Assembly: GCA_964016885.1 (NCBI GenBank)
Contig: OZ024741.1
Location: forward strand, 283,526,001-283,590,000
DNA: 64,000 bases
Source of the DNA: Eledone cirrhosa
Lineage: Eukaryota
Reading direction: 5' to 3'
The stretch's first letter is position 1. Each line of letters begins with the position of its first letter. Of this stretch, positions 63,822 through 64,000 are shown piece after piece. The position numbers and the translations under genes were made by a program. The notes beneath the pieces are model-generated. The model searched no databases and had not been told where the DNA came from. It worked only from the letters and a program-made list of their open reading frames with translations.

Positions 63822-64000
63822 ATATATATATATATCTGGTTGCTTTCTTCGATATGATGGATGAACTAGGGAATCTCTGGAGAGTCAGAAGAATCTGGAC
63901 ATCCGAAGACAATGCAAAAGATAACAACAAATTCACCTCATGCTGCCGGACGAAAGGGCAAAGCCCCACCCTCTTTGTTGTGGCCGCGGATGGCCAACAT

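Overview
AT-rich, microsatellite-dense animal genomic DNA. The mix of SINE, RTE, R4/Dong and Penelope repeats points to an octopus or other cephalopod (inference). I can support two host genes, both on the minus strand. One is a C2H2 zinc-finger gene with 7 fingers and a single coding exon (10552-11946). The other is a multi-exon membrane protein with a Thr-rich mucin stalk and a Cys/helix/TM C-terminus, assembled by hand from phase-compatible splice sites (at least 61600 to 42114). Most of the rest is retroelements: RTE LINEs (one family has a PHD finger inside ORF2), a BovB-like and a Rex3/Expander-like RTE, a young gag-deleted Gypsy element, six stacked R4/Dong fragments, L1/Tx1 ends, two tRNA-SINE families and Penelope-like remnants. 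The most notable unannotated signal is a set of type I hammerhead ribozyme motifs, including a ~150-bp-arm foldback with one hammerhead in each arm (38997-39319). All family assignments come from motif recognition; no database searches were run.
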